Part shown: one piece after another, positions 10,383 through 20,025 of the stretch | Layout of the letters: the number at the start of each line of letters is the position of its first letter | Numbering within the stretch: the first letter of the stretch is position 1 | Source of the DNA: an uncultured Faecalibacterium sp. | Lineage (GTDB): Bacteria > Bacillota > Clostridia > Christensenellales > CAG-917 | Length of the DNA: 64,000 bases | Direction: 5' to 3' | Assembly (NCBI GenBank): GCA_964495385.1 | Contig: CAZBVO010000005.1 | Coordinates: 252 to 64,251, forward strand | Notes under the pieces: model-generated | Databases searched by the model: none | Seen by the model: only the letters and a program-made list of their open reading frames with translations | What the model was told of the DNA's origin: nothing | Translations under genes and position numbers: made by a program

Positions 10383-12230
10383 ATGAATTTCAATTCGAGA
10401 AACGAAAAATTTAAAACTCCGAGGGGAGCGGTTGCGACCGATGAAGAATTTACCATTCGCTTTCCGCTTCCTAAATGGGTTGAGGTGAACGAGGTTTTGT
10501 TTTGCCTCCGAAAAAGCGAACGCAATTTTTATCCGATGGCGTTCAGTCACTCCGAAGGCGCCGACAACATCTACACGGTTACACTGAAACTGTCAAAAGA
10601 AGGCATCTATCATTACAGCTTTAGGGTGTTCAACGAGTTTGGAATGTGGCAGTACGGCGCAGACGAATATATGAATGCCGTTTGTGGCGAAAATTTGCCG
10701 GAATGGCAGTTGACGGTGTACAAAGCGGGATATAAAACCCCCGATTTTGTAAAAGGCGGCATAATTTATCATATTTTTGTCGACCGATTCAACAAGGCGG
10801 GCGACGTGGACACCGGCGACAGGCACTATCGCTTGCACGGAAACTGGAACGAGGATCCTGAAATTGTCGGGCCGGACGGCGTGTATCGAGCGGACGACTT
10901 TTTCGGCGGAAACTTGCGAGGGATAATCGAAAAGCTCGATTACCTTAAAGGCCTCGGGGTTACGATTATTTATCTGTCGCCGATTTTCGAAAGTTCGTCA
11001 AATCATCGCTACGACACCGGCGATTATTTAAAAATCGATCCGCTTTTAGGCACTGAAGACGACCTTATCGAACTTATTCGCAAGGCAGGGGATTTGGACA
11101 TCGGCATCGTTTTGGACGGCGTTTTCAATCACACCGGCAGCGACAGCATTTACTTCAACAAGTTCGGCAGGTACGACAGCATAGGCGCATGTCAATCGAA
11201 AAATTCACCGTATTTTAAGTGGTATTCTTTCCAAAATTATCCCGACCGCTATACAAGCTGGTGGGGCGTGGATTGCTGTCCGACGGTGGTTCACACCAAT
11301 CCGAGCTACAAGCGGTTTATAATGGGACCGGGCGGAGTTATCGAAAAATGGACGAAACTCGGCATCAAAGGCTGGAGGCTTGACGTGGTTGACGAACTTC
11401 CTATCGAATTTGTCAACGAACTTAGAAAAAGCGTTAAGGCGATAAATCCCGATTGCTACATTCTCGGCGAGGTTTGGGAAGATGCGTCCAACAAGGTCAG
11501 TTACGACATTTTGAGGCCGTATCTTTTGGGCGATCAGCTGGACGGCGTTATGAATTATCCGTTCCGAGCCGCCGTGTTGGATTACGTCAAATACGGCGAT
11601 ATAGTCGCTTTCAAAAACGCAATTTGGACGGTGCTTGAAAATTATCCGCGCCGCTCGGTGGATTGCTTGATGAATATGTTGGATACGCACGATACCGTAA
11701 GGGCAATAAATATGCTGTCCGACGTGTCCGTCGAGGGAACCACCAAAGCGCAACGCCAAAGCAAAAAACTTGTCGGCGCCGACTACGACAACGCAAAACT
11801 TCGGCTGTGTATGGCCGTGGCGTTGAACTATATGCTTCCGGGTGTGCCTGCCGTGTTTTACGGCGACGAGGCAGGGGTGCAGGGCTACGAAGATCCGATA
11901 AACCGCCGCACTTATCCGTGGGGCAACGAGGACGAAAAACTGATCGGATTCTATCGCAAAATAGGCGGAATCCGAACCAATAACCGTGATATTTTTACGG
12001 GCAATTTCGAAATTTTGGACGACTACAAATTGCTTGCAACCGAGTGGACGAAGGGTGACAAAAAGCTCACTTTCGTTTGCAATAACAGCGCAAATTGGGA
12101 AACGTTTAAAGTTGCGTCCGACAGCATCAATCTTTTAAACAACAGGGCCGTACTGAAAGGGAACTATTCTCTTGCTCCGTATGAGTTTATGATAATCAAA
12201 AAGTTTGACGGCGACGTCGACAGCATTTAA
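10383..12230 (+). CDS. GH13 alpha-glycosidase (neopullulanase / cyclomaltodextrinase-like)
   Basis: GH13 conserved regions VLDGVFNHTG, GWRLDVVDELP, ILGEVWED and LDTHDTVR. ATG at 10383 lies 2 nt after the glgP stop, suggesting translational coupling with no clear SD. The track TTG at 10347 is judged an upstream extension. Confidence 0.85.
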   Translation: MNFNSRNEKFKTPRGAVATDEEFTIRFPLPKWVEVNEVLFCLRKSERNFYPMAFSHSEGADNIYTVTLKLSKEGIYHYSFRVFNEFGMWQYGADEYMNAVCGENLPEWQLTVYKAGYKTPDFVKGGIIYHIFVDRFNKAGDVDTGDRHYRLHGNWNEDPEIVGPDGVYRADDFFGGNLRGIIEKLDYLKGLGVTIIYLSPIFESSSNHRYDTGDYLKIDPLLGTEDDLIELIRKAGDLDIGIVLDGVFNHTGSDSIYFNKFGRYDSIGACQSKNSPYFKWYSFQNYPDRYTSWWGVDCCPTVVHTNPSYKRFIMGPGGVIEKWTKLGIKGWRLDVVDELPIEFVNELRKSVKAINPDCYILGEVWEDASNKVSYDILRPYLLGDQLDGVMNYPFRAAVLDYVKYGDIVAFKNAIWTVLENYPRRSVDCLMNMLDTHDTVRAINMLSDVSVEGTTKAQRQSKKLVGADYDNAKLRLCMAVALNYMLPGVPAVFYGDEAGVQGYEDPINRRTYPWGNEDEKLIGFYRKIGGIRTNNRDIFTGNFEILDDYKLLATEWTKGDKKLTFVCNNSANWETFKVASDSINLLNNRAVLKGNYSLAPYEFMIIKKFDGDVDSI

Positions 12231-12241
12231 AAACTAAAAAC

Positions 12242-12271
12242 AAAAACGCTCGCACTCGCGAGCGTTTTTTT
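12242..12271. terminator. bidirectional rho-independent terminator shared by the glg operon and rbr
   Basis: Stem ACGCTCGC (12246-12253) pairs with GCGAGCGT (12258-12265). It is flanked by an A-run (12242-12246) and a T-run (12265-12271), between convergent genes. Confidence 0.8.
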
Positions 12272-12293
12272 GACCGATTGTAGTTTGTGTCGT

Positions 12294-12836
12294 TTATTTA
12301 AAATATCTGTTCAAAAGGCCTTGGAATGCTTTGCCGTGGCGAGCTTCGTCGCGAGCCATTTCGTGAACGGTGTCATGAATTGCATCGAGGCCGAGTTCTT
12401 TTGCACGTTTTGCCAAGCGGTTTTTGCCTTCGGTTGCGCCGTTTTCGGCTTCAACACGCATTTGAAGATTCTTTTTGGTGCTGTCGGTTACGACTTCGCC
12501 CAAAAGCTCGGCAAATTTTGCAGCGTGTTCCGCTTCTTCGTAAGCGGCCTTTTCCCAATAGAGTCCGATTTCAGGGTAGCCTTCACGGAAAGCAACGCGA
12601 GCCATAGCCAAGTACATTCCCACTTCCGAGCATTCGCCCTCGAAGTTCATTCTCAAATCCTTAATAATTTCTTCGTCAACGCCTTTTGCTACGCCGACAA
12701 CGTGTTCGGCAGCCCAAACCATATCGCCGCTTTGCTCGGAAAATTTCGAGGCAGGAGCCTTGCAGATAGGGCAGGAATCAGGAGCAGAATCTCCTTCGTG
12801 AACGTAACCGCAAACAGTGCATACAAATTTTTTCAT
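12294..12836 (-). CDS. rbr: reverse rubrerythrin (N-terminal rubredoxin domain + C-terminal diiron ferritin-like domain)
   Basis: The N-terminus [23 protein letters not shown] is a rubredoxin-type CxxC...CxxC. It is followed by a four-helix-bundle region with EGECSE and EEAEHA diiron ligand motifs. GGAGGA RBS. Confidence 0.9.
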   Translation of the reverse strand: MKKFVCTVCGYVHEGDSAPDSCPICKAPASKFSEQSGDMVWAAEHVVGVAKGVDEEIIKDLRMNFEGECSEVGMYLAMARVAFREGYPEIGLYWEKAAYEEAEHAAKFAELLGEVVTDSTKKNLQMRVEAENGATEGKNRLAKRAKELGLDAIHDTVHEMARDEARHGKAFQGLLNRYFK

Positions 12837-12868
12837 AATAAAATATCCTCCGATTTAATCTTTTAATG

Positions 12869-13273
12869 TTATATTTTGGACGGTAAACCGTCTGTTGTGT
12901 CATTTTTGTTTTGACAATCCTTGCAAAGTCCGGTGGCCGTGAGCTCGGCGGACGAAACTTTAAAGTCGGTGCCTAAAAAGAGTGAATCGATTTGTTGAAA
13001 GTCAAAAAACAAGTCCGATATCTTGCCGCACGAGGTGCAAACGAGATGTGCGTGAGGGCTGACGTCGGCATCGTAATGCTCGGTGTCGAGCGTCGTGCTG
13101 ACTTTTTTTACAAGCCCCGCAGCTTCGAGCATCCCCAGATTGCGATACACCGTGCCCAGGCTTACGTTTGGCAAAATTTTTTTGGTTTCCGAGTAAATCC
13201 ATTCGGCCGACGGGTGCGATTTTGTCGATTTCAACACGCCGTAAATGGTTTCTCGTTGCTTGCTGTAATTCAT
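12869..13273 (-). CDS. perR: Fur-family peroxide-responsive repressor (PerR-like)
   Basis: 134 aa with a winged-helix region (VSLGTVYRNLGMLEAAGLV), HAHLVCTSCG and a C-terminal CKDC zinc site. It lies directly upstream of rbr on the same strand. Confidence 0.8.
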   Translation of the reverse strand: MNYSKQRETIYGVLKSTKSHPSAEWIYSETKKILPNVSLGTVYRNLGMLEAAGLVKKVSTTLDTEHYDADVSPHAHLVCTSCGKISDLFFDFQQIDSLFLGTDFKVSSAELTATGLCKDCQNKNDTTDGLPSKI

Positions 13274-13281
13274 AGCTCTCC

Positions 13282-13306
13282 AAAATCAGTAATCATTCTT
13301 GATTTT
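13282..13306. promoter_or_regulatory. candidate Fur/PerR-type operator (AAAATCA-N11-TGATTTT)
   Basis: A 7-bp AT-rich inverted repeat (13282-13288 / 13300-13306) immediately upstream of the perR RBS/start on the minus strand. Confidence 0.35.
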
Positions 13307-13431
13307 AGTATAAAGGAATTTTTTACCGTTGTCAACCGTTTTGACAAAAAAATCAAAAAAAATTTCAGGATAGTTTACTTTGCGACATTTATTTGTTATA
13401 ATTATCTTATCTTTATAATGGGAGATATGTT

Positions 13432-15099
13432 ATGAACCTTAAACTTGACTACAAAAAGACAATAAAAGTCGGTTTTGCGTTTGCAATCATCCAATGTTTT
13501 TGGGTTGTTTATGACTACGTCGTACCGCTTTTGATTGACAATGCGTTCGGCTTGTCCAACGCTATGCGCGGCCTTATCATGGGCTTGGACAATTTGTTGG
13601 CATTGTTTATGTTGCCGCTGTTCGGCAAACTTAGTGACAATTGCAAATCCAAGTACGGCAGACGCACCCCGTTTATCGTGCTGGGCACTCTTGCCGCAAT
13701 CATTTTGATGATATTTATCCCTGTGACCACTTCAAGTCAGCTGAAAGAGGCCAACGCCATCAGAGACGATTTGGAGGTTCGCTTTGAAACTGATGCCGAT
13801 TTCAGACAGGAAAAGTTGGGGATGTTTTACGACGACGCACAGAGCGGCGAAAACAACTACATTTCCAAAATCGTTTTTGACGAACTCAGCGGTCAAATAA
13901 CCAGAGAAGAATTTGTCAATCTCGAAGTCGGAGACGAAGCCGGTCTTTTCAATCGTTTTGCCAAAGAGGGTGTAAACCGCTACATAAACGATCAGGTTTA
14001 CAACAACGTAACCAAACAGAACAGCATAAGGCTTGTGTTCTTCATTTTGGTTCTGTTTTTGGTGTTGGTTGCCATGGGCACCTACAGAAGCCCGGCCGTT
14101 GCACTTATGCCGGACGTTACGCCTAAACCTTTGAGAAGTCAGGCCAACGCAATTATTAACCTTGCCGGCGGCGTGGGCGGCGCAATCGCAACGCTTACGT
14201 ACATGATAGGCTTTGCCATCAACGAAAACGGCTACGTCGGAATTTACATTGCCAACGCACTGTCGATGGCCATATTGCTGTTCTGCTTCATCAAGTTCGT
14301 TAACGAACCTAAGATGGTTGACGAATGCCGTGCCATCTGTGAAGAATACGGCATCACCGACGAAGACGACGAAGAAGCCGACCTTAAAGCTTTGGAAGCA
14401 GAAGACGGCGTTAAAGCGGACAGTTTGAACGATGAAGCCGTCATTTCGGAAGAAAAGAAAAAACTTAAGAAAGCAAAATTCAGAAGCTTCTTGCTTATTT
14501 TAGCCTCCATTTTTATGTGGTTTATGGGCTACAACGCAATCTCGTCCAACTTGTCGATTTACATCGTAAACGTTTTGGGTTGCTCGGCGTTTGTCGGCAC
14601 CGTTGTATCGGCGGCGAGCATGGCGGTAAGCGCGGTGGCATTTATTCCTGTCGGTGCGCTGGCAGTTAAGATTGGCCGCAAAAAGAGCATATTGCTGGGC
14701 TTGCTGTTTGCAACGGTTTCGTTTGTTTGTGTGTTCCTGTTCATCAAACCGCAATGGGGAATGTCGCTTAAAGCCGTTATGTTTGCTTTGTTCTATCTTA
14801 TCGCAGGTTTCGGCCTTATCGTTGTAAACGTAAACACCTTCCCGATGGTCGTTGAACTTTCGTCGGAAAAGGACGTTGGCAAATACACCGGCTACTACTA
14901 TATGGCTACCATGAGCGCACAGGCGATAACTCCGTACATCGGCGGTTTGTTTATGGATCATATCTCCAACCGCAGTCTGTTTGCTTACTCGGCCGTTTGC
15001 GTTATTCTGTCCATGGTTTTGATGTCCCTTGTAAAACACGGCGACAGCAAACCGCTTCCTAAAAAGAAAGTTTACGAAATGATGGAAGACGTTGACTAA
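13432..15099 (+). CDS. MFS/GPH-type sugar transporter (SUT/SLC45-like)
   Basis: About 12 hydrophobic segments. The loop 2-3 motif GKLSDNCKSKYGRRTPFI resembles the D-x..-GRR-PF signature of GPH/sucrose-transporter-like carriers. GGGAGA RBS. Confidence 0.8.
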   Translation: MNLKLDYKKTIKVGFAFAIIQCFWVVYDYVVPLLIDNAFGLSNAMRGLIMGLDNLLALFMLPLFGKLSDNCKSKYGRRTPFIVLGTLAAIILMIFIPVTTSSQLKEANAIRDDLEVRFETDADFRQEKLGMFYDDAQSGENNYISKIVFDELSGQITREEFVNLEVGDEAGLFNRFAKEGVNRYINDQVYNNVTKQNSIRLVFFILVLFLVLVAMGTYRSPAVALMPDVTPKPLRSQANAIINLAGGVGGAIATLTYMIGFAINENGYVGIYIANALSMAILLFCFIKFVNEPKMVDECRAICEEYGITDEDDEEADLKALEAEDGVKADSLNDEAVISEEKKKLKKAKFRSFLLILASIFMWFMGYNAISSNLSIYIVNVLGCSAFVGTVVSAASMAVSAVAFIPVGALAVKIGRKKSILLGLLFATVSFVCVFLFIKPQWGMSLKAVMFALFYLIAGFGLIVVNVNTFPMVVELSSEKDVGKYTGYYYMATMSAQAITPYIGGLFMDHISNRSLFAYSAVCVILSMVLMSLVKHGDSKPLPKKKVYEMMEDVD

Positions 15100-15110
15100 A
15101 ATTTGATACT

Positions 15111-15139
15111 AAAAAGGCAGTAGCGATACTGCCTTTTTG
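15111..15139 (+). terminator. rho-independent terminator
   Basis: Stem GGCAGTA (15116-15122) pairs with TACTGCC (15127-15133), followed by a T-run at 15134-15138. Confidence 0.8.
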
Positions 15140-15176
15140 TATATAAACCAAAATGTCCGAAAAGAAAAAATTTTGC

Positions 15177-15206
15177 TTGATTTATATCGCACGTTAAGTA
15201 TATAAT
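15177..15206 (+). promoter_or_regulatory. candidate sigma-A promoter (TTGATT-N18-TATAAT) for the GH127/GH2 pair
   Basis: TTGATT at 15177-15182 and TATAAT at 15201-15206. AAGGAGA RBS, then ATG at 15236. Confidence 0.45.
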
Positions 15207-15235
15207 AACTATAACGAAACATTAAGGAGAGTTTT

Positions 15236-17212
15236 ATGTCAAAAACGCTTTTGGCCGGCTATACCGAACTTAAACTCGGTCAGATTCAGCCTAAAGGATG
15301 GTTTCTTTCTGAGCTTCGCACGCAGGCGGACGGGATCACGGGAGATCTTATGAACCATTGGGGCGAAGTGTCCGAAAAATCCGCCTGGCTCGGCGGCAAG
15401 GGCGAAGCATGGGAACTCGGGCCGTATTATGCGGACGGGCTTGTTCCGCTGGCATACCTCCTCGGCGACGGAAAACTGCAACAAAAGGCAAACCTTTGGG
15501 TAAAGGCGATATTGGACAGTCAGCGTTCCGACGGCGATTTCGGGCCGCAGCGCACCCGTGATTGGTGGCCGCGCTGTGTTGCGCTGAAGGCACTTATGAG
15601 CTATTATGAAGCGACTTCCGATGCTCAGGTCCTGACCTTTATGCGCAAGTTTTTCAAGTATATGTACAACACCGTCGACGAAAATCCGCCTCGGTACTGG
15701 GCCGCCGCAAGGGCGTTTGAATATATTGTCCCCATCGAATTTTTGTACAAAAAAACAGGCGACGAGTTTTTGACGGATTTGGTTGAAAAAATCAAGGGTT
15801 ACAGTTACGATTGGACGGGCTATTTCGAAAATTTCCGTTTTAAGCGCAGGGCGGGCAAATATTTGTCAAGACCGCTTGTAAATTTCGGCAGAAAGGCGGG
15901 CGCCCGTTCGGACTATAAGAAAAAACACGGCACAAAACCGCTTTCGCCGCACAGCGCGTCATCCACCGTCCGTTTTAACAAAAAACGCATGGTAAAAAGG
16001 CTGATGCTTACTCACGGCGTCAACGTCGCTATGGCGATGAAATACCCGGCAATTTACGGCAATTTGTACGATACGGATTCGACGTTCGTGAACCTTAAAC
16101 GGGGCATTCAGAGCTTGTATAAGCATCACGGCACGGCAATAGGCATGTTCACTTGCGACGAGCATTTGAACGGCACCGATCCTACACAGGGCGTGGAACT
16201 TTGCGCCGTGGTCGAGGCGATGGGCTCGTTTGAGAAGCTGTTGGCGGTTACTGGCGATCCGTTTTATGCGGATATGTTGGAATTGGTTGCCTACAACGCA
16301 CTGCCTGCGATGTTTACGAAGGACATGAGCGCGCACCAGTACGTTCAGCAAATAAATCAGCTTGAAGCAAGTGTCAAAAAGCGCAAATTCTTTGACGTCG
16401 ACAGCGATGCCAACACCTTCGGTTTGGCGCCGAATTACGGCTGTTGCACGGCCAATTTGCACCAAGCACTGCCTAAATTTACAAAAAGTTTGTGCTTTAA
16501 ACGAAACGACGAACTCGCATTTTTCTTGTATGCTCCGTGTACGGTAAAAACAGCCGTCGGAGAGGGCGAAGTTACGATAGAGGAGCAAACCTCCTATCCG
16601 TGGGGCGACGAGGCGGTGTTCAAAGTTGCCGACGCGGTGGGGAATCCGCAGGTTACCTTTGCGTTCAGAGTGCCGAAGTACACTTCGTTGGAGGTTTACG
16701 TTGCCGGCAAGCAGGTGGCAAAGGAAAATAAGGGCATTATAAGGCTTAAACGGTTGCTCAGGACGGGCGACGAGGTGCGATTGAAATTTGTTGCCGAGCC
16801 TACGGCCGTGGTAAACCCCGACAAATCGGTCAGCATCCGATTGGGACCGTTGGTTATGGCGTCGAAACAAAAATACGTCACGCAGCTTTTGGGCGGCAAC
16901 GCTCCGCACTGTAATTATTCCTTCAAAAACGTTTCGCAGTGGCGGCTTGCACCCGTTGTCGCAAAGGACGGCACTGTGGAAGTTAAAAACGCCACAAGGC
17001 GCGATATCGGCGCAACGCCGTTCGATCCCGACAATCCTCCGATAGAACTGGAGGTGGCCGCAGTTCCGGTGGCAGGCTGGGAAGAAGACGACGGAGATGC
17101 GGGCAAAATCCCTAAAAAAACCGTCACCGCCGAACCTAAAACAATGACGTTGATGCCGTACGGCGCAACGCTTGTGCGTATAGCACATTTTCCGAGCATA
17201 AAACAAAAATAA
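15236..17212 (+). CDS. glycoside hydrolase family 127-like (DUF1680, beta-L-arabinofuranosidase family)
   Basis: 658 aa with an (alpha/alpha)6-like N-terminal region and an NYGCCTANLHQALPKF segment. The Cys-Cys site is as recalled for GH127/GH146 cysteine glycosidases. Family assignment is from memory of motifs only. Confidence 0.7.
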   Translation: MSKTLLAGYTELKLGQIQPKGWFLSELRTQADGITGDLMNHWGEVSEKSAWLGGKGEAWELGPYYADGLVPLAYLLGDGKLQQKANLWVKAILDSQRSDGDFGPQRTRDWWPRCVALKALMSYYEATSDAQVLTFMRKFFKYMYNTVDENPPRYWAAARAFEYIVPIEFLYKKTGDEFLTDLVEKIKGYSYDWTGYFENFRFKRRAGKYLSRPLVNFGRKAGARSDYKKKHGTKPLSPHSASSTVRFNKKRMVKRLMLTHGVNVAMAMKYPAIYGNLYDTDSTFVNLKRGIQSLYKHHGTAIGMFTCDEHLNGTDPTQGVELCAVVEAMGSFEKLLAVTGDPFYADMLELVAYNALPAMFTKDMSAHQYVQQINQLEASVKKRKFFDVDSDANTFGLAPNYGCCTANLHQALPKFTKSLCFKRNDELAFFLYAPCTVKTAVGEGEVTIEEQTSYPWGDEAVFKVADAVGNPQVTFAFRVPKYTSLEVYVAGKQVAKENKGIIRLKRLLRTGDEVRLKFVAEPTAVVNPDKSVSIRLGPLVMASKQKYVTQLLGGNAPHCNYSFKNVSQWRLAPVVAKDGTVEVKNATRRDIGATPFDPDNPPIELEVAAVPVAGWEEDDGDAGKIPKKTVTAEPKTMTLMPYGATLVRIAHFPSIKQK

Positions 17213-17222
17213 GGAGAGAATT

Positions 17223-19046
17223 ATGAAAATACTTACCAAATGGGGCGAAAATTTTGACAGAAACAATCCGCTTCCGGAATATCCGCGTCCTCAACTTGTC
17301 AGGGACAGCTACTTAAATCTTAACGGCGTTTGGAATTATGCCATCACCAAAACGGCAACCGAACCTCAAAAATACGACGGAGAAATTGTCGTTCCTTATT
17401 CGCCGGAATGCATTTTGTCGGGCGTAGAAAAGGTTGTTATGCCGGACGATTTTTTGCATTACGAGCGCACTTTCGACGTGGCGGAAAGTTTTTTGAAAGA
17501 CAGAGTGTTTTTGCATTTCGGAGCCGTTGACTATAAGTGCGAAGTTTGGCTTAACGGCGTTTGCGTCGGAAGTCATACGGGCGGATACAATCCGTTCTCC
17601 TTTGAAGTTACCGACGTTATAAGGCCGGGACAAAACCAAATTAAACTTACCGTAACCGATCCGACCGACCTCGGATTTCAGGCTCGGGGCAAGCAAAGTT
17701 TGAAACACGGCGGCATTTGGTATACGCCGTCAAGCGGCATTTGGCAGACCGTTTGGATGGAAAGCACCGCACGCAATTACATACAAAAAATCCGCATAAC
17801 TCCGGACATCGACCTTGGCGAAGTCGTAATCAAGGTTTTTGCCGACAACCAACCGAACAATGGCTTAATAACCGTAAAATACGGTGATAAAGTGGTTACC
17901 GAGTCAACATATACAGTGGGCGAAGATACACATATACCTGTTGAAAATGCACGTCTGTGGTCGCCTGAGGATCCGTTTTTGTACGACGTCGAAGTCACTT
18001 TGGACGACGATCGCATCACGGGTTATTTCGGTATGCGAAAAGTGGGAGTCGGCACGGACAAACAAGGCTATCGCCGTTTGATGCTAAACAACAAACCGTA
18101 TTTCCACAACGGCCTTTTGGACCAGGGATATTGGTCGGACGGCATGTATACGCCTGCAAGCGACGAGGCTTTGGAATATGACGTCAAGACGGCAAAAGAC
18201 CTCGGCTTCAACATGCTCAGAAAGCACATAAAAGTCGAACCGGCAAGGTGGTACTATCATTGCGACAGACTGGGCGTTTTGGTTTGGCAGGATATGGTCA
18301 ACGGCGGAGGAAGCTACAATTTGTTTACCAAAGCGTTTGGCGGCGGCAAATACAATATGTTTACAATCGGGGTATGGCCGTTTTTCCACATTAAGCTTAA
18401 AGACACCGCTTATTGGCGTTTTTCGAGAAGAAACAAGCTCGGCCGCGACGAGTACTATAAAGACCTCGAAGAAATGGTTGACGCACTTTACAATGCGCCG
18501 TCAATCGTGCTTTGGACCATATTTAACGAAGGCTGGGGCCAGTTCGACAGCCTGAAGGTTTACGATTTCATCAAAAAACTCGACCCGACCCGTGTGGTCG
18601 ATCCTGCTTCCGGCTGGCACGATCAGGGCGGAAAAGATTTGCTCAGCATTCACCGCTATTGGTATCCGTTCCGCATCCGTCACGACAAAAAAGGCCGTGC
18701 CGTGGTAAATTGGGTGCCGGGGTTTGTTAAGGACAGGCATTCTCGCCCGGTGGTTTTGTCGGAATACGGCGGCTACAGCTATCAGGAAAAAGGGCACGTT
18801 TTCTCCAAAAAAGCGTTCGGCTATCGCATTTACGGCAGCAAGGACGGCCTTAACGGCGGGCTCAAAAAACTGTTTGAGGGCGAAGTGGAAAAAGCTATGC
18901 ACAACGGCCTTGCCGCAGCGGTTTACACTCAGCTTACCGACGTCGAATCGGAAATCAACGGCCTTATCACCTACGACAGAAAGGTTGTTAAGGTTGACAG
19001 AGATATGATAAAAACCGTAAACAACAGGCTTATTATCGAGGAATAA
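17223..19046 (+). CDS. glycoside hydrolase family 2 protein
   Basis: N-terminal sugar-binding pattern LHFGAVDYKCEVWLNGVCVGSHTGGYNPFSFEVTD. TIM-barrel region FNMLRKHIKVEP...VLWTIFNEGWG carries the NE acid/base motif. AAGGAGA RBS. Confidence 0.8.
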   Translation: MKILTKWGENFDRNNPLPEYPRPQLVRDSYLNLNGVWNYAITKTATEPQKYDGEIVVPYSPECILSGVEKVVMPDDFLHYERTFDVAESFLKDRVFLHFGAVDYKCEVWLNGVCVGSHTGGYNPFSFEVTDVIRPGQNQIKLTVTDPTDLGFQARGKQSLKHGGIWYTPSSGIWQTVWMESTARNYIQKIRITPDIDLGEVVIKVFADNQPNNGLITVKYGDKVVTESTYTVGEDTHIPVENARLWSPEDPFLYDVEVTLDDDRITGYFGMRKVGVGTDKQGYRRLMLNNKPYFHNGLLDQGYWSDGMYTPASDEALEYDVKTAKDLGFNMLRKHIKVEPARWYYHCDRLGVLVWQDMVNGGGSYNLFTKAFGGGKYNMFTIGVWPFFHIKLKDTAYWRFSRRNKLGRDEYYKDLEEMVDALYNAPSIVLWTIFNEGWGQFDSLKVYDFIKKLDPTRVVDPASGWHDQGGKDLLSIHRYWYPFRIRHDKKGRAVVNWVPGFVKDRHSRPVVLSEYGGYSYQEKGHVFSKKAFGYRIYGSKDGLNGGLKKLFEGEVEKAMHNGLAAAVYTQLTDVESEINGLITYDRKVVKVDRDMIKTVNNRLIIEE

Positions 19047-19078
19047 CAACCTAAAGTATATAAATTAAACTTTATTTA

Positions 19079-19108
19079 TTGACAAATCGAGGCGTACTGT
19101 GCTAATAT
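19079..19108 (+). promoter_or_regulatory. candidate sigma-A promoter (TTGACA-N18-TGc-TAATAT)
   Basis: TTGACA at 19079-19084 and TAATAT at 19103-19108, preceded by TGC. GGAGGA RBS at 19122-19127. Confidence 0.5.
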
Positions 19109-19135
19109 ATTAGTATTGCTTGGAGGAATCACCGT

Positions 19136-19879
19136 ATGAGCTATCTTGAAAGACAATTGAACAAAGGCGAGAAAATCGTCATGAAAACACGCAGGTCCAA
19201 CTGGATTTTTATGCGAGAGTTTTTGATGCTTATCATCACCGCTGCCGCATATTTCGGCGCATCCAAACTTGTGCAAATCGACAAAATTGCCGCAAAAATC
19301 GACACAACTCCGTGGTTGGCGTCGCTTCCGTTGTATTGTGCAATAGCGTTCGGCGCACTTACCGTGTTGATGTTTATCGGCCATATCGTTTCGACCACAC
19401 GCACCGAAATAGTGCTTACCAATGCAAAAGTTGCAAGCAGACAGGGCGTTGAAACGGTGGATATAGCGTTGAAGAGCATTGACAGCGTAACGGTAAATTA
19501 CGGGGCTTTTGGCAGTATGCTGGGCTACGGCAATCTTTTCATCAACACTTCCGGCGGCAAAACCTATGTGTTTAAAAAGATTTCCAAACCGTCCAAATTC
19601 GTTCAAAAACTCAACAAGCAAGTTGCAAAAGCAAGCAAACAAACCGTTGTCGTCAACAACAACATCGAAGGTATGGATCCGATGCTTGCGGCACAACAGG
19701 CCGAACAACAAGGCTACGTTTATGCGCCTACTCAACAAAACGGCGGCAGGTCCAAAAACATCACCATCACTTTCGGAGTAAGCAAACAACAGCAAGCTTT
19801 GGCGGATGCTTTTTTGGGTAAGCGAGTCAAAGAGATGGCCGACAAGGTTCCGGAAATCCCTGCAATTAAGGCAGAATAA
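19136..19879 (+). CDS. bacterial PH-domain (bPH_2 / YdbS-like) membrane protein
   Basis: N-terminal L..GEKIV motif followed by two TM segments and a PH-like beta region (ITNAKVASRQG...VDIALKSIDSVTV...GNLFINTSGG), then a Q/N-rich tail. Confidence 0.6.
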   Translation: MSYLERQLNKGEKIVMKTRRSNWIFMREFLMLIITAAAYFGASKLVQIDKIAAKIDTTPWLASLPLYCAIAFGALTVLMFIGHIVSTTRTEIVLTNAKVASRQGVETVDIALKSIDSVTVNYGAFGSMLGYGNLFINTSGGKTYVFKKISKPSKFVQKLNKQVAKASKQTVVVNNNIEGMDPMLAAQQAEQQGYVYAPTQQNGGRSKNITITFGVSKQQQALADAFLGKRVKEMADKVPEIPAIKAE

Positions 19880-19897
19880 AATCGATTTTACAAAACA

Positions 19898-19927
19898 AAA
19901 AAAGCCCTCGCAAAGAGGGCTTTTTTG
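19898..19927 (+). terminator. rho-independent terminator
   Basis: Stem GCCCTC (19904-19909) pairs with GAGGGC (19915-19920), followed by a T-run at 19921-19926. Confidence 0.8.
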
Positions 19928-19944
19928 ATGCCTTTTTGAGCCGA

Positions 19945-19982
19945 AACAAAAAAGAACATCCGCAACGATTTGTGCGGATGTT
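19945..19982 (-). terminator. rho-independent terminator for the minus-strand DUF1624 operon
   Basis: A 10-bp stem AACATCCGCA (19955-19964) pairs with TGCGGATGTT (19973-19982). On the minus strand it is followed by CTTTTTTGTTT. Confidence 0.65.
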
Positions 19983-20025
19983 TGCGTTTATGTGTTAAAA
20001 TATGGAATTTAAAGTGCCTTTTATG

